Notes under the pieces: model-generated
Told to the model about the DNA's origin: nothing
Databases searched by the model: none
What the model saw: only the letters and a program-made list of their open reading frames with translations
Source of the DNA: Alphaproteobacteria bacterium
GTDB taxonomy: Bacteria; Pseudomonadota; Alphaproteobacteria; UBA2966
DNA: 64,000 nt
Assembly (NCBI GenBank): GCA_964291395.2
Contig: OZ219856.1
Location: 2,208,001 to 2,272,000, forward strand
Direction of reading: 5' to 3'
Shown here: one piece after another, positions 29,454 to 38,337 of the stretch
Position numbering within the stretch: position 1 is the first letter of the stretch
Layout: each line of letters opens with the position of its first letter
Translations under genes and position numbers: made by a program

Positions 29454-30218
29454 ATGCCCCGCATACTCGTCATCGTCCCAGCCCCGGTATCCGGAGAACA
29501 GCTCGAACTGCGCAGGGCGCAGGCCGCCGTCGCCGGATTGCCCGAAGACGTCGAGGTGGACTACCGCGCGGTTCGCGCCTCCGCCGACAACCAAGTGAGC
29601 CATCACGACTATGCCCTTAGCGAAATCTGCATCCTGGAAGCGGGACTGACGGCGGCGGAAGAAGGTTACGACGCGGTTTGCATCGACACGGTCAGCGACA
29701 GCGGCGTGAACACCCTGCGCTCGATGCTCGATATCCCGGTCGTCGGTCCCGGCCGGACCAGCTACCTGGTCGCGCTCATGCTCGGCAACCGATTCTCCGT
29801 CGTGACGATGTGGGACAGGTGGAAACCGCTCGTCAAGAAGACCCTGACGGATCTGCAGATGCTGGACCGCTGCGCCTCGATCCGGACCATCGGCATGGAA
29901 CCGGACACGCGCGGCCTGCTTGAAGGGAAGGAGGACGAGACATTTTCGAAGATGCTCGAGGCCGCGCGGCTCTGCATCGACGAGGACGGCGCGGAGGTGA
30001 TCTGCCTGGGCTCCACGACCATGCACGATGCCGCCGAATTCCTCGAGGCTCGGCTCGAGGTTCCGGTCGTCAACCCGGGACCCTTGTCCTATCAGGTCGC
30101 CAGTTCGCTCATCCGCTTGCGACTCGCCCAAAGCCGCGCCGCCTGGCCGTCCCCGGTCAAGCCGAAGGAGGAGATGATCCGCGCCATGATCGAGGCCGCG
30201 GCCGGGTTCACCGAGTAG
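29454..30218 (+). CDS. Asp/Glu/hydantoin racemase family protein lacking the canonical Cys pair
   Basis: MPRILVI, EEGYDAVCIDTVSDSG...LDIPVVGP, GAEVICLGSTTM, VPVVNP. Confidence 0.85.
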   Translation: MPRILVIVPAPVSGEQLELRRAQAAVAGLPEDVEVDYRAVRASADNQVSHHDYALSEICILEAGLTAAEEGYDAVCIDTVSDSGVNTLRSMLDIPVVGPGRTSYLVALMLGNRFSVVTMWDRWKPLVKKTLTDLQMLDRCASIRTIGMEPDTRGLLEGKEDETFSKMLEAARLCIDEDGAEVICLGSTTMHDAAEFLEARLEVPVVNPGPLSYQVASSLIRLRLAQSRAAWPSPVKPKEEMIRAMIEAAAGFTE

Positions 30219-30257
30219 TCAAAGACCGCCACCCGCCGCCGCGGGGCCCGGAAGCCC

Positions 30258-31121
30258 TCACAGCCCCATCCGTGCGACGATCGCCTGCGTCAGGGGATCG
30301 CCGCCGTCGCCCAGGCGGTCCGTGACGGCGAAGTGGTGGTCGCCTTCTACCTCCACGTAATCGCTTTCGATCCCGAGGCTCAGGCATTTTTCGGTGAAAT
30401 CCCTCGACTGCCGGCGGAAAGATCGCGTTTCCCCGCCTCCGACCGCGCAAATCATGGTACCGCTGAAATAGAGCGGCAGACGCTGCGGACTGTTCGCCGC
30501 GGCCATTTGCGCGGTCAGCCGGATGTACGGCTGCAGGTTCGTATGACGGTGAGGCTCGATATCGAACAGTCCGCTGATGGGTGCGGTGCCCTTTATGAGA
30601 TCGGCCGGGAGCCCGAACAATCCGTCCCAATCGGTCGCCATCATCATGCCGGTGAGGTGTCCGCCGGCGGAATGGCCGCCGACGTAAAGTCGGCCCGAGC
30701 TGCCGTTGTATTCCATGATATGGGTGTGGACCCAAACGAGGGCCCGGCGGACCTGGTCCACGATATCGGGGATCGTTACGTCCGGACACAGTTCGTAATT
30801 GGGCAGCACCACGGTCGCACCCGCCGCCGTCATCGGCGCCGCGACCTCGCTGTATATGGCCTTGTCGAGTTGATACCAGTAGCCGCCGTGGATGTAGAAA
30901 AAAACGGGGGCGCCCGGCCGGTCCGCCGGGAATATGTCGAGCGTCTGTTTCGGAGTGTCGCCGTAAGGCACATCCAGCACACAACTCAGCCGCGCGCGAA
31001 CCGCCTCGCTTCGTTCCGCCGCGCGCTCCAAGAAGGCATCGGCGTCGGGGATCGTCATACGGGCGCGATACTCCAAATTGAGAGCATCCCGCTCCACTTC
31101 GGTCAGGTTCTCAAAATCCAT
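30258..31121 (-). CDS. Alpha/beta hydrolase, arylformamidase (kynurenine formamidase)-like
   Basis: LDVPYG..QTLDIF, YIHGGYW, NYELCP, GHSAGGHL, ISGLFD, HHF. Confidence 0.88.
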   Translation of the reverse strand: MDFENLTEVERDALNLEYRARMTIPDADAFLERAAERSEAVRARLSCVLDVPYGDTPKQTLDIFPADRPGAPVFFYIHGGYWYQLDKAIYSEVAAPMTAAGATVVLPNYELCPDVTIPDIVDQVRRALVWVHTHIMEYNGSSGRLYVGGHSAGGHLTGMMMATDWDGLFGLPADLIKGTAPISGLFDIEPHRHTNLQPYIRLTAQMAAANSPQRLPLYFSGTMICAVGGGETRSFRRQSRDFTEKCLSLGIESDYVEVEGDHHFAVTDRLGDGGDPLTQAIVARMGL

Positions 31122-31247
31122 CGCGTCCTCGTGGGCAACGTCCAGACGTGCGGGAAACGGAATTGCGAGAGTTTCTCTTCGCGGTCTTCCTGTCGCTCCA
31201 TCTCTGGTGGGTGCCGTCGAGCCTTCGCCGCGACGCAACGCAAGTCC

Positions 31248-32678
31248 TCAGTCGCCCACGATCTCGGGCCGTCGATCGGTCCATGGATGCGCCGTCTCGA
31301 GCTGAGCCGCCAGCCGGATCAGGGTGGCTTCGTCGCCATAGGGGGCGACCAGTTGGACGCTGATGGGCAGGCCGGTCTCACTGACCCCCATCGGCAGCGT
31401 GATGCCGGGCTGTCCGGTGATGTTGAACCATACGGTGAAGGGGCTGAAGCTGAAAACCCGGTTCCAATATTCGTCCGCGTCTTCCAGCATCATGTCGATC
31501 CAGCCGAGCCTGGGAGGTAACGTCCCGAGGGCGGGCGTCAGGAGCACGTCGTAGGACTGGTGAAAGGCTGCCATCCGGCGCCCCAGCCGGTGCGCGGCCT
31601 GCGTCGCCTGCACATAGTCGGCGCCCGACATCTCCTCTCCCAGTTTCGCGGCGGCCGCCGTAACCCGCTCGACGTTGCTGGCACCGGCCTTCTTGCCGGC
31701 GGGGTGGCTGCGCAAGGCCGCCGCGACGTTCGCGGCGCTGATGGTGCGGAACGTGGGGATCACGGACTCGCGGTCGATGTCGGGGTCGGCTTCCTCGACG
31801 TCGTGGCCGAGGTCGCGGAGTAGCCTGGCGGCGTTCTCGAAGACTTCGAGGACCTGGCTTTCGACGGGGGCGCCGTTGGGCGCTCGCGAGGTCATGGCGA
31901 TGCAGAGCCGACCGGGGTCGGCGCCAACCTCATCGAGAAACGGGCGCGCAGGCGGAGGGGCGACGTAGGGATCGCCGGAACCCGGCCCTGCCGTGGCATC
32001 CAGGAGGGCCGCGGAATCGCGTACGGAACGGGTCAGGGCATGCTCGGTGGTCTGCCCCGCATTGCCCTCGCCCGAATACGGATCCTGGGTATTCCGGGCC
32101 CGGGTCGGTTTGAGACCGACCAGGCCGCAGCACGACGCGGGCGCACGAATCGATCCGAAACCGTCGCCGCCGCTCGCCATCGGCACGATATAAGCCGCGA
32201 CCGCCGCCGATGATCCGCCCGATGATCCGCCCGGCGTCCGTTCGAGATCCCAGGGATTGCGCGATGGGCCGAACAGCTGCGGTTCGCACGTCAGGCTGAG
32301 GCCGAGCTCCGGCGTATTCGTCTTGCCGAAGATCACAAGCCCGGCCCGTTTTCCGCGTTTGACGATGACGCTGTCCTCGGGAGGCACCAGATCATCGAAG
32401 AAGCGGCTGCCGCGCGTTTGCACATAGCCGCCCAGCACCCCACCGATATCCTTCAGCAGATACGGGACGCCGGTGAACGGCCCGTCGGGCAGTCCGGCGG
32501 CGACGGTGTCGCGGCCGTGATCGTAGAGCTTGTCGACGATGGCATTGACCGTCGGATTCCGCATCTCCGCCCGGGCGATCGCGGCGTCCAGCAGCTCGGT
32601 GGCCGTGACTTCCCCGTTTCGGACGAGTTCCGCCAGACCGAGCGCGTCGTAGTTCTCATATTCGGGAAACGGTTCCAC
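31248..32678 (-). CDS. Amidase signature family enzyme
   Basis: GPFTGVPYLLKD, GKTNTPE, NPWD..TPGGSSGGS, DGFGSIRAPA. Confidence 0.93.
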   Translation of the reverse strand: MEPFPEYENYDALGLAELVRNGEVTATELLDAAIARAEMRNPTVNAIVDKLYDHGRDTVAAGLPDGPFTGVPYLLKDIGGVLGGYVQTRGSRFFDDLVPPEDSVIVKRGKRAGLVIFGKTNTPELGLSLTCEPQLFGPSRNPWDLERTPGGSSGGSSAAVAAYIVPMASGGDGFGSIRAPASCCGLVGLKPTRARNTQDPYSGEGNAGQTTEHALTRSVRDSAALLDATAGPGSGDPYVAPPPARPFLDEVGADPGRLCIAMTSRAPNGAPVESQVLEVFENAARLLRDLGHDVEEADPDIDRESVIPTFRTISAANVAAALRSHPAGKKAGASNVERVTAAAAKLGEEMSGADYVQATQAAHRLGRRMAAFHQSYDVLLTPALGTLPPRLGWIDMMLEDADEYWNRVFSFSPFTVWFNITGQPGITLPMGVSETGLPISVQLVAPYGDEATLIRLAAQLETAHPWTDRRPEIVGD

Positions 32679-32896
32679 TGTGTGCTCCCTGCATCTCCAT
32701 GTCGACAGTCCTCAGGCGCATACCGGAGTCTGGCCGAACGGCTTCGACTGCACAAACAGTATCCTGATCACGGCGGGTGTCGGTGGGAGTTGCGGCATTA
32801 ATTGCAAGGACCAAATCCTGCGGAGAATCGTTGGGACACCGTCATTCGGGCAAGGTCCTATGGACTTGCCGGAGCGACGGCAGTAGGTCATCGGTG

Positions 32897-33865
32897 ATGT
32901 CCGCCGCTCCAGCATCCGGTTCGATACAACGCTTGCCGCCGCGGGCCCTGCTGATGCTCGCCGTGATGACGTTGATGTGGGGCGCGGCCTGGCCCATCAT
33001 GAAGGTCGGCGCGCAGGAAATTGAAATCTTCACCTTTCGTGCCGCGGCCGCGTTCATATCGGCGTTCACGGCGTTCTCCCTCGCCCGCGCCACCAATTCG
33101 AGCCTGCGGGTACCCCGGGACGTGCGCGTGCCCCTCATCGCGGCCGGTCTCCTGTTCCAGGGGGCACTGGCGTTTTTCACCACACTGGCGTTGACGCTTA
33201 TTTCCTCGGGGCACGCCGTAATTATCGGCTACACCATGCCGCTGTGGGTGGTCTTGCTCGGGATTCCAATCCTCGGAGAGCGACCCACCCGCCTGCGGTG
33301 GCTGGGTCTCGCGCTTGGTATGGTAGGTGTGGCATTGCTGGCGAGCCGAGGCGTCGAGTTGTTCGCCAACGCGCCGCTGGGTGTCGCCGCGCAGCTGGCC
33401 GGCGCCGTTTCCTGGGCGGTCGCGGTGATCATCACCAAGAAAGTACGCTGGCGCATGCCGATGGACGTGGTATTGGGCTGGCAGTGCTTGATCGGTGGTA
33501 TCTCGTTGGCGGTCCTCGCCATTCCCGAACTGCCGGACTTGAAACCGGTGACGTGGATGGCGATCGGTTCAGTCCTCTATCTCGGGATTTGCGCCCAGGG
33601 CCTCGGGAATTGCGTATGGTTTCGCATTATCGACATGGCACCCGCGGGTGTCGCCGGTGTGTCGTCGCTTGCCGTTCCCACCGTTGGACTCGTCATCGGC
33701 TCCCTGATGCTCGACGAGCCCGTCGGCCTCATCGAGGTCACCGCTCTCCTCCTCGTCCTCGGCGCGCTCGCGACGGTGTTGACGTTGCCGACGTTCCGCC
33801 GCCGCGGCCTGGAGACGAAAACGACGCGAAACCCACGGCATCCAATTGACTCCGCGAAAAAATGA
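32897..33865 (+). CDS. DMT/EamA family transporter
   Basis: MWGAAWP..K, YTMPLW, LGERP, about 10 TM helices. Confidence 0.88.
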   Translation: MSAAPASGSIQRLPPRALLMLAVMTLMWGAAWPIMKVGAQEIEIFTFRAAAAFISAFTAFSLARATNSSLRVPRDVRVPLIAAGLLFQGALAFFTTLALTLISSGHAVIIGYTMPLWVVLLGIPILGERPTRLRWLGLALGMVGVALLASRGVELFANAPLGVAAQLAGAVSWAVAVIITKKVRWRMPMDVVLGWQCLIGGISLAVLAIPELPDLKPVTWMAIGSVLYLGICAQGLGNCVWFRIIDMAPAGVAGVSSLAVPTVGLVIGSLMLDEPVGLIEVTALLLVLGALATVLTLPTFRRRGLETKTTRNPRHPIDSAKK

Positions 33866-34772
33866 GCCCACCCGAATTCCGGCGCGGGGATTGGTCCTTC
33901 TCGTGCTGCTGACCCTGGCGTGGGGCACCAACTGGCCGATTCTCAAGATCGCGTCGACAGGCCTGCCGCTTTTCCCGTTTCGGGCGATCTGCGCGCTCGG
34001 CGTGGGCATCCTCATGCTGTCCATCGCAGCCGCCAATCGGGAACGTCTCCGGATTCCGCGCGACAACTGGATCGGTATCGGCGTTACGGGTTTTTGCAAC
34101 ATGACCGTGTGGTTCATCTGCTCCGCCCTCGCCGTCCGGTTCACGACCTCGGGCCACACCGCGATCGCCGCCTACACGATGCCGCTCTACGTGTTCCTGA
34201 TCGGCACGCTGTTCCTGGGCGAGCGGCCGACCCTGGGCAAATGGTTCGGCCTGGCCCTTGGCCTCGCCGCCATCGCGTTGCTGGTCACGCGTGACTTCGA
34301 ATCGACCTACGGAAGCTGGCTCGGCATCGCGGTGATGAGCGTCGGCGCCGTGTTCTGGGCGCTGTCCTCGATCGTCGTGAAACGGGTGCGTTGGCGGATC
34401 TCAGCCACCGCGGTGGTGGGCTGGCAGGCATTGATCGGCGGCCTGCCCGTCATCGTGATCGGGATCCTTCAGTTCCCGGACCTGCACGAATTTCCCGGAG
34501 ATGCCGTTCTCGCCACGATCTACGCCATCGTTGTCGGCATCGCATTCGCGCACTGGCTTTACTTCAAGATCCTGCAACTCGTGCCGGTTTGGGTGGCTTC
34601 GCTCTCGACGCTGGCGGTCCCGGCGGTGGGTCTGGTGTCGGGCGCTTTGTTTCTGAATGAACCGTTGGGTTGGGTCGAGATCCTGGCTCTTTTTCTTCTC
34701 GTCGGCGGCATTTCAACCGTGTTGCCCCGACCCGGCAGATTTTCTTCCGGGGGAAGCGGCGACGATTCTTGA
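33846..34772 (+). CDS. DMT/EamA family transporter (paralogue of the upstream gene)
   Basis: AWGTNWP..K, YTMPLY, LGERP, LAVPAVG, LNEPLG. Confidence 0.88.
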   Translation: MTPRKNEPTRIPARGLVLLVLLTLAWGTNWPILKIASTGLPLFPFRAICALGVGILMLSIAAANRERLRIPRDNWIGIGVTGFCNMTVWFICSALAVRFTTSGHTAIAAYTMPLYVFLIGTLFLGERPTLGKWFGLALGLAAIALLVTRDFESTYGSWLGIAVMSVGAVFWALSSIVVKRVRWRISATAVVGWQALIGGLPVIVIGILQFPDLHEFPGDAVLATIYAIVVGIAFAHWLYFKILQLVPVWVASLSTLAVPAVGLVSGALFLNEPLGWVEILALFLLVGGISTVLPRPGRFSSGGSGDDS

Positions 34773-34792
34773 CGCGCTTGCCGCGCGTTGGA

Positions 34793-35251
34793 CTACCGGA
34801 GCACGTCGGGCCAGTTTGCGTCGGCCTTGGCGATGTTGCCCGGGATGTCCTCTTCCCATCGCTTCTTCACGGAAAGGCTGTAGTTGAGGTAAAGCTTGCC
34901 GTCGACGATGCGCCAGGCTTCCGGAACCGACGAGGCTGTGTAGCCCTGCGAGACAGCCCAGGCGCAATAGCCGCCGTACCGGGGCGCGAAGGCCTCGGGG
35001 TCCGCCGCGAACCGGTCCCGATTTTCGGCGCTGACGAAGCGCCAAGTGGCGCCGTTCCATTCGTGCTCGAACGCGGACGACCCCTCGACGGGTCCACCCT
35101 GAGTGAAGTAGGCGACCGGGTCGTAGCCCGAAACCGCGAGGTCGGAGAACGTGCCCGTGTACACGGGGTCTTTGGCGCTGGCCGGCGGCGAGGCCGCAAC
35201 CGCGAGCCCGAATACGAGCACCCAATACGCGAAACGGCGAACGGCCATCAC
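34793..35251 (-). CDS. Secreted YHS-domain protein
   Basis: Signal peptide, AVSGYDPVAYF, PRYGGYCAWAV, WRIVDGKLYLN, KADANWP; GGAGG RBS. Confidence 0.88.
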   Translation of the reverse strand: MMAVRRFAYWVLVFGLAVAASPPASAKDPVYTGTFSDLAVSGYDPVAYFTQGGPVEGSSAFEHEWNGATWRFVSAENRDRFAADPEAFAPRYGGYCAWAVSQGYTASSVPEAWRIVDGKLYLNYSLSVKKRWEEDIPGNIAKADANWPDVLR

Positions 35252-35443
35252 TCACCTCCTCCTTTCGGCGCGGCCTTCTCCTCTTTCCGGCGCACCAGCC
35301 TTCGACTCTCCCGAAAAAGCACTGCCGATCTCTTTTTTGTCTTCCGGTTCAAATACTTAACGGGAATCAGGCGTGAGAGTACGGCAGCGACGCATTTCGG
35401 TGCCGGTGCGCTTTCCCGACCGGTCCTCGCGTGGCGCGAGACG

Positions 35444-35955
35444 CTACAGCAGCTTGACCAAGGCCACGATCAGGCCGCCCTGGGCGATCAGCGCGCCGAA
35501 CAGCCATTTCAGAAGGTCGGCCTTGACCGCCTCGATGCTGGCTCTGGTCTCCTGCCGCAAGGCTTCCATGCCGGCCTTGACTTCTGCGATATCGGCCTTG
35601 GTCTCCTGCCGCAAGGCTTCCATGCCGGCCTTGGTCTCCTGCCGCAAGGCTTCCATGCCGGCCTTGACTTCTGCGATAAGGCTTCCATGCCGGCCTTGAC
35701 TTCTGCGATATCGGCCTTGGTCTCCTGCCGCAAGGCTTCCATGCCGGCCTTGACTTCTGCGATATCGGCCTTGGTCTCCTGCCGCAAGGCTTCCATGCCG
35801 GCCTTGACCTCTGCGATATCGACCTTGGTCGCCAGATTGGCGTTGAGCAGGGCGACATGCTCTTCGGCCAGGGTCTCCGCCTGCTTCTCGGTGAAGCCGC
35901 TCTCCGTCAGGCGCTTGACGAAGCGGTGGGTGTCGAAGGCGATGGCCTCGGTCAT
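35444..35955 (-). pseudogene. DUF1640/CCDC90-like coiled-coil membrane-anchored protein, frameshifted inside its repeat
   Basis: Head MTEAIAFDTHRFVKRLTESGFTEKQAE..LATK, repeated stalk, and anchor LLKWLFGALIAQGGLIVALVKLL in a different frame. A 22-bp deletion at about 35678 shifts the frame. Confidence 0.85.
35546..35830. repeat. Near-perfect mosaic tandem repeat of 33-bp and 21-bp units (54-bp composite)
   Basis: Units GGTCTCCTGCCGCAAGGCTTCCATGCCGGCCTT (AGMEALRQETK) and GACTTCTGCGATATCGGCCTT (ADIAEVK) recur about 5-6 times each. Confidence 0.95.
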
Positions 35956-36037
35956 GCTCCGATCATAGGAAGCCCGCCGGTGCGGGACAAGGACCATCGC
36001 GCCGGACGGCCCGATGAAAGCTTCGTTCATGCCCCTT

Positions 36038-36062
36038 TCACTTACGGGTGTCACTTACGGGT
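36038..36062. repeat. Direct repeat TCACTTACGGGT x2 adjoining a TTGACT (-35-like) hexamer
   Basis: 36038-36049 and 36051-36062 are identical; TTGACT at 36062-36067 lies about 40 nt upstream of the riboswitch. Confidence 0.6.
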
Positions 36063-36106
36063 TGACTGTGCGATACCCTTCTGCTTCAACTATCGGCTCA
36101 GGACGC

Positions 36107-36236
36107 GCTCATCCAGAGCGGTGGAGGGACAGGCCCTTTGAAACCGCGGCAACCGCTACGAGCGGTGCCAATGCCTGATCGATGAGTCAGCCGAAGGCGG
36201 AACCCCGCTCTCGGCGCTCTTAGATAGAGCGCGTAG
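36107..36236 (+). ncRNA. SAM-I superfamily riboswitch (SAM-I/IV-like architecture)
   Basis: CTCATCCAGAGCGGTGGAGGGACAGGCCCTTTGAAACCGCGGCAACC...GGTGCCAA closely follows the SAM-I consensus. P1 is GCTCATC/GATGAGT (36107-36113/36181-36187). P4 is absent. A 3' hairpin lies at 36214-36232, and GTAG (36233-36236) is complementary to CTAC at the P3 tip. Confidence 0.88.
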
Positions 36237-36259
36237 GAAGCGAGAGAGGAGACCGCCAG

Positions 36260-36337
36260 ATGATGGTCCTGTGCTCCCCATTCGGGGCCGATTTCCGCGA
36301 CATGTCCGCACCCGGCCGTTCGGTCGGCGGTACCTAG
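36260..36337 (+). other. Possible 25-aa uORF/leader peptide MMVLCSPFGADFRDMSAPGRSVGGT
   Basis: GAGAGGAG RBS 8 nt upstream of ATG 36260, immediately 3' of the riboswitch; TAG at 36335-36337. Confidence 0.4.
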
Positions 36338-36456
36338 TTCGCTCCGCTGCCTGAGAGACGGGAAGGACCGCCGGTCCTCCGAGCCGTTCGTTCCACGATC
36401 GTCCCGATGCCGGCCCTTCCCATTCCCCAGAGTCGAATCTCAGTGAGGAGAATCCC

Positions 36457-37020
36457 ATGACCACAACCTCAGAGAAGCCTGCCGGAAACGGCGTCAACGT
36501 CGAAGCCCTGCTCAATGCGCGCGATGCATTGGGCGAGACGCCGGAAGCCGGCAAGTTCATGTGGCGGGCCACCAACGAGTGGCTGCACGGTACCCATAGC
36601 CGGTCCTCGGTAACGGGCTACTTCGGCTTGGGCGAAGAGCACTCGCACAAGTCGGCCTTCGGCTTCGAGTCGGATCATCCCCTCGTGTTCGCCGCCGAGG
36701 ACAATGCCGCCACGCCGGTCGAGATCGTCCTCGTGGGGCTGGCGAGCTGCCTGACGGCCGGCGTTGCCGCCGTCGCCCAGAATCGGGACATCCAGCTTCG
36801 ATCGGTGAAGGCAACGGTCGAAGGCGACATGGACATCCAAGGCATCCTGGGCGCCGATCCCGACGTCCGGAACGGCTTCAGCGGCATCCGGGTCAAGTAC
36901 GACATCGATGCCGACGCCACTCCGGACGAGATCGAGGCGCTGGTCGCCCAGTCGCAGAAGCGCTCGGCGGTGTTCGACATCCTGACCAACCCGACGAACG
37001 TGACCGTCGAGGTCGGCTGA
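36457..37020 (+). CDS. OsmC family protein (single Cys)
   Basis: NGVNVEAL, SDHP..F, TPVEIVLVGLASCLTAG, VEGDMDI.GILG..VRNGF, KRSAVFD; GAGGAG RBS. Confidence 0.9.
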   Translation: MTTTSEKPAGNGVNVEALLNARDALGETPEAGKFMWRATNEWLHGTHSRSSVTGYFGLGEEHSHKSAFGFESDHPLVFAAEDNAATPVEIVLVGLASCLTAGVAAVAQNRDIQLRSVKATVEGDMDIQGILGADPDVRNGFSGIRVKYDIDADATPDEIEALVAQSQKRSAVFDILTNPTNVTVEVG

Positions 37021-37028
37021 TCGCCGCC

Positions 37029-38282
37029 ATGCGCACGACCACCGTCGTGGTCGGAGCCGGGCATGCCGGCCTTGCCGTAAGCCATTACCTCGCCGCAAGC
37101 TCGATCGACCACGTGTTGATCGAGCGCGGCGAGGTCGCCAATTCGTGGCGAACGGAGCGATGGGATTCGCTGAGGCTGCTCACCCCGAATTGGCAGGCGC
37201 GGGTCCCCGGTCTCGCCTACGACGGAGACGACCCCGACGGCTTCATGGACATGACCGAGGTGGTGACGTTCATCGAACGCTACGCCCGGCTCGTCGCGCC
37301 GTCGCTCGAGCCCCATACCACCGTCGAATCGGTTCGGCGGAATGGAACCGGTTACCAGGTGGTGACGGATCGCGGGGTGTGGCACGCTCCCACGGTGGTG
37401 CTCGCCACCGGCGGCTTCAATATCCCGAAGGTTCCCCCGTTCGCGGCGGACCTTCCCGGATTCGTCATGTCCTTCACCCCGATGCAGTACACGAAGCCCT
37501 CCGCCCTTCCGGACGGGGGTGTCCTGGTCGTAGGCGCGTCGGCCAGCGGGGTACAGATCGCGGAAGAAGTTCACGGCTCCGGTCGCCCGGTGACGTTGGC
37601 GGTCGGCGAGCACGTCCGCATGCCGCGGACGTACCGCGGCAAGGACATTCTGTGGTGGATGGATCGGACCGGGCTCCACGACGAGCGGTATGACGAGATA
37701 GACGACATCGGACGGGCGCGCCGGGTTCCGGCGCCCCAGTTGGTGGGAAAACCCGAGCGGACCACGCTGGACCTGAATGCGCTCACCGATCAAGGCGTGC
37801 GCCTGGTCGGTCGGTTGGTCGGGATCGCGGACGGCAAGGCCCTGTTCTCGGGCTCGCTTCGCAACAAGTGCACCCTCGCCGACCTCAAGCTGGGACGCCT
37901 CCTCGACACGATCGACGAGTGGGTCGGCAGCAACGGCCTCGACGGCCAGGTGGAGCCGGCGCAGCGTTTCGCGCCGACGCGGGTCGAGGAGTCCCCGCCG
38001 TTGGTGCTCGACCTCGCCAAGGGCGGAATCTGCACGGTCATCTGGGCCACGGGGTTCGAGCCCGACCATTCGTGGCTCCACGTGCCCGTTCTCGACCGCA
38101 AGGGCCGGCTCCGCCATGACGGCGGGGTGGTAAGCGGCTCGCCCGGGCTCTACCGCATCGGCCTCAACTTCCTGCGGCGCCGCAAATCGAGCTTCATCCA
38201 CGGGACCGGGGACGACGCCTGCGATCTGGTTGGGCACTTGGCCGCCCGGGTCGGAGCCCGCCCTCCGGGCCCACCGGGGTGA
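37029..38282 (+). CDS. FAD/NAD(P)-dependent oxidoreductase, flavin monooxygenase (TrkA/CzcO)-like
   Basis: VVGAGHAGL, WRTERWDSL, LATG, VLVVGASASGVQIAEE, PRTYRGKDI, IWATGF. Confidence 0.9.
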   Translation: MRTTTVVVGAGHAGLAVSHYLAASSIDHVLIERGEVANSWRTERWDSLRLLTPNWQARVPGLAYDGDDPDGFMDMTEVVTFIERYARLVAPSLEPHTTVESVRRNGTGYQVVTDRGVWHAPTVVLATGGFNIPKVPPFAADLPGFVMSFTPMQYTKPSALPDGGVLVVGASASGVQIAEEVHGSGRPVTLAVGEHVRMPRTYRGKDILWWMDRTGLHDERYDEIDDIGRARRVPAPQLVGKPERTTLDLNALTDQGVRLVGRLVGIADGKALFSGSLRNKCTLADLKLGRLLDTIDEWVGSNGLDGQVEPAQRFAPTRVEESPPLVLDLAKGGICTVIWATGFEPDHSWLHVPVLDRKGRLRHDGGVVSGSPGLYRIGLNFLRRRKSSFIHGTGDDACDLVGHLAARVGARPPGPPG

Positions 38283-38337
38283 CGCGCCGGACGGCGGCCG
38301 GCCGCTTTTTCGAGATCCCGGCCGGCGCGCCCGGCGA

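Noticed and set aside
34793-35251. Selenoprotein version of the YHS protein
   Set aside because: The GGYC position is a normal Cys codon and there is no in-frame TGA.
35546-35830. Repeat array considered as a possible CRISPR
   Set aside because: There are no unique spacers, unit lengths are multiples of 3 and encode a coiled coil, and no cas genes are present.
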